Assembly: GCF_000281045.1 (NCBI RefSeq)
Contig: NW_008246071.1
Span: forward strand, 927,172 to 960,207
Direction: 5' to 3'
From: Saprolegnia diclina VS20
Taxonomy: Eukaryota
Length of the DNA: 33,036 bases
How positions within the stretch are numbered: the stretch's first letter is position 1; the number at the start of each line of letters is the position of its first letter. A program made the position numbers and the translations under genes. Under the pieces are notes generated by a model. The model made no database searches. It saw only the letters and a program-made list of their open reading frames with translations, and was not told the DNA's origin. Positions 32,758-33,036 of this stretch are shown one piece after another.

Positions 32758-33036
32758 GCCAATGCACACGCGTTGACTGTATACACCCTTGGTGCTCTTG
32801 CGGACGGGGACCAGAGAAACGCGGACTGCATCGCGATGGACGCTTTGACGGCGACGAGCGTCGAGTGGGCTCGCAGCAGCCGCGAGCTTGTCGGAGACCA
32901 CACCTTTGCCCGCGCCAACGTCCGCGACATCGCGGCTTCTTGCTTGAAATTGGTTCTTGAGTGGTCGCTTGGGGTGGGGTCAAGCTACTACACATGCCAT
33001 GAATCCACCCAAGACGAGTACCGTCGTTGTGCAATC

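Noticed and set aside
32750..33036. Possible 3' end of a minus-strand gene at the window edge
   Set aside because: All three frames are partly open and none can be assigned from this window.
1..33036. CRISPR arrays, tRNA/rRNA genes, intact transposons, prokaryotic defence systems
   Set aside because: I saw no spaced repeats, cloverleaf or box A/B patterns, TIR/LTR pairs, or transposase/RT motifs. The sequence is intron-containing eukaryotic DNA. Small ncRNAs could be missed by eye.

Overview
This is a gene-dense, GC-rich eukaryotic window. Its short GT-AG introns (about 43-67 nt), INR/FPR-like core promoters, CCAAT boxes and M96-type bZIP point to an oomycete, probably Saprolegniales-like; that assignment is inferred, not searched. 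Gene order is: Smr-domain gene 3' end (+), possible decayed GH12-like remnant (-), PH-DEP-DEP-TM-CRAL-TRIO gene (+) and a tandem paralog with only TM-CRAL-TRIO (+), hypothetical gene (-), two tandem NIPA Mg2+ transporter paralogs (-), multi-IQ protein (+), glomulin/ALF4-like gene (-), a spliced Sen15-like gene absent from the ORF track (+), carnitine acyltransferase with a candidate PTS1 (-), atypical bZIP with a START-like domain (+), SGNH/IAH1-like esterase (+), 26S proteasome Rpt2 (+), Phe-tRNA synthetase beta (+), and a 4-exon putative ciliary microtubule-inner-protein-like gene (+). I found no tRNA, rRNA, CRISPR array or clear transposon. All exon models and domain calls were made by eye and need RNA-seq and HMM confirmation. 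The most unusual items are the PH-DEP-DEP-TM-CRAL-TRIO architecture, the Ile-substituted bZIP-START, and the ultra-compact IQ/glomulin/Sen15/acyltransferase block.
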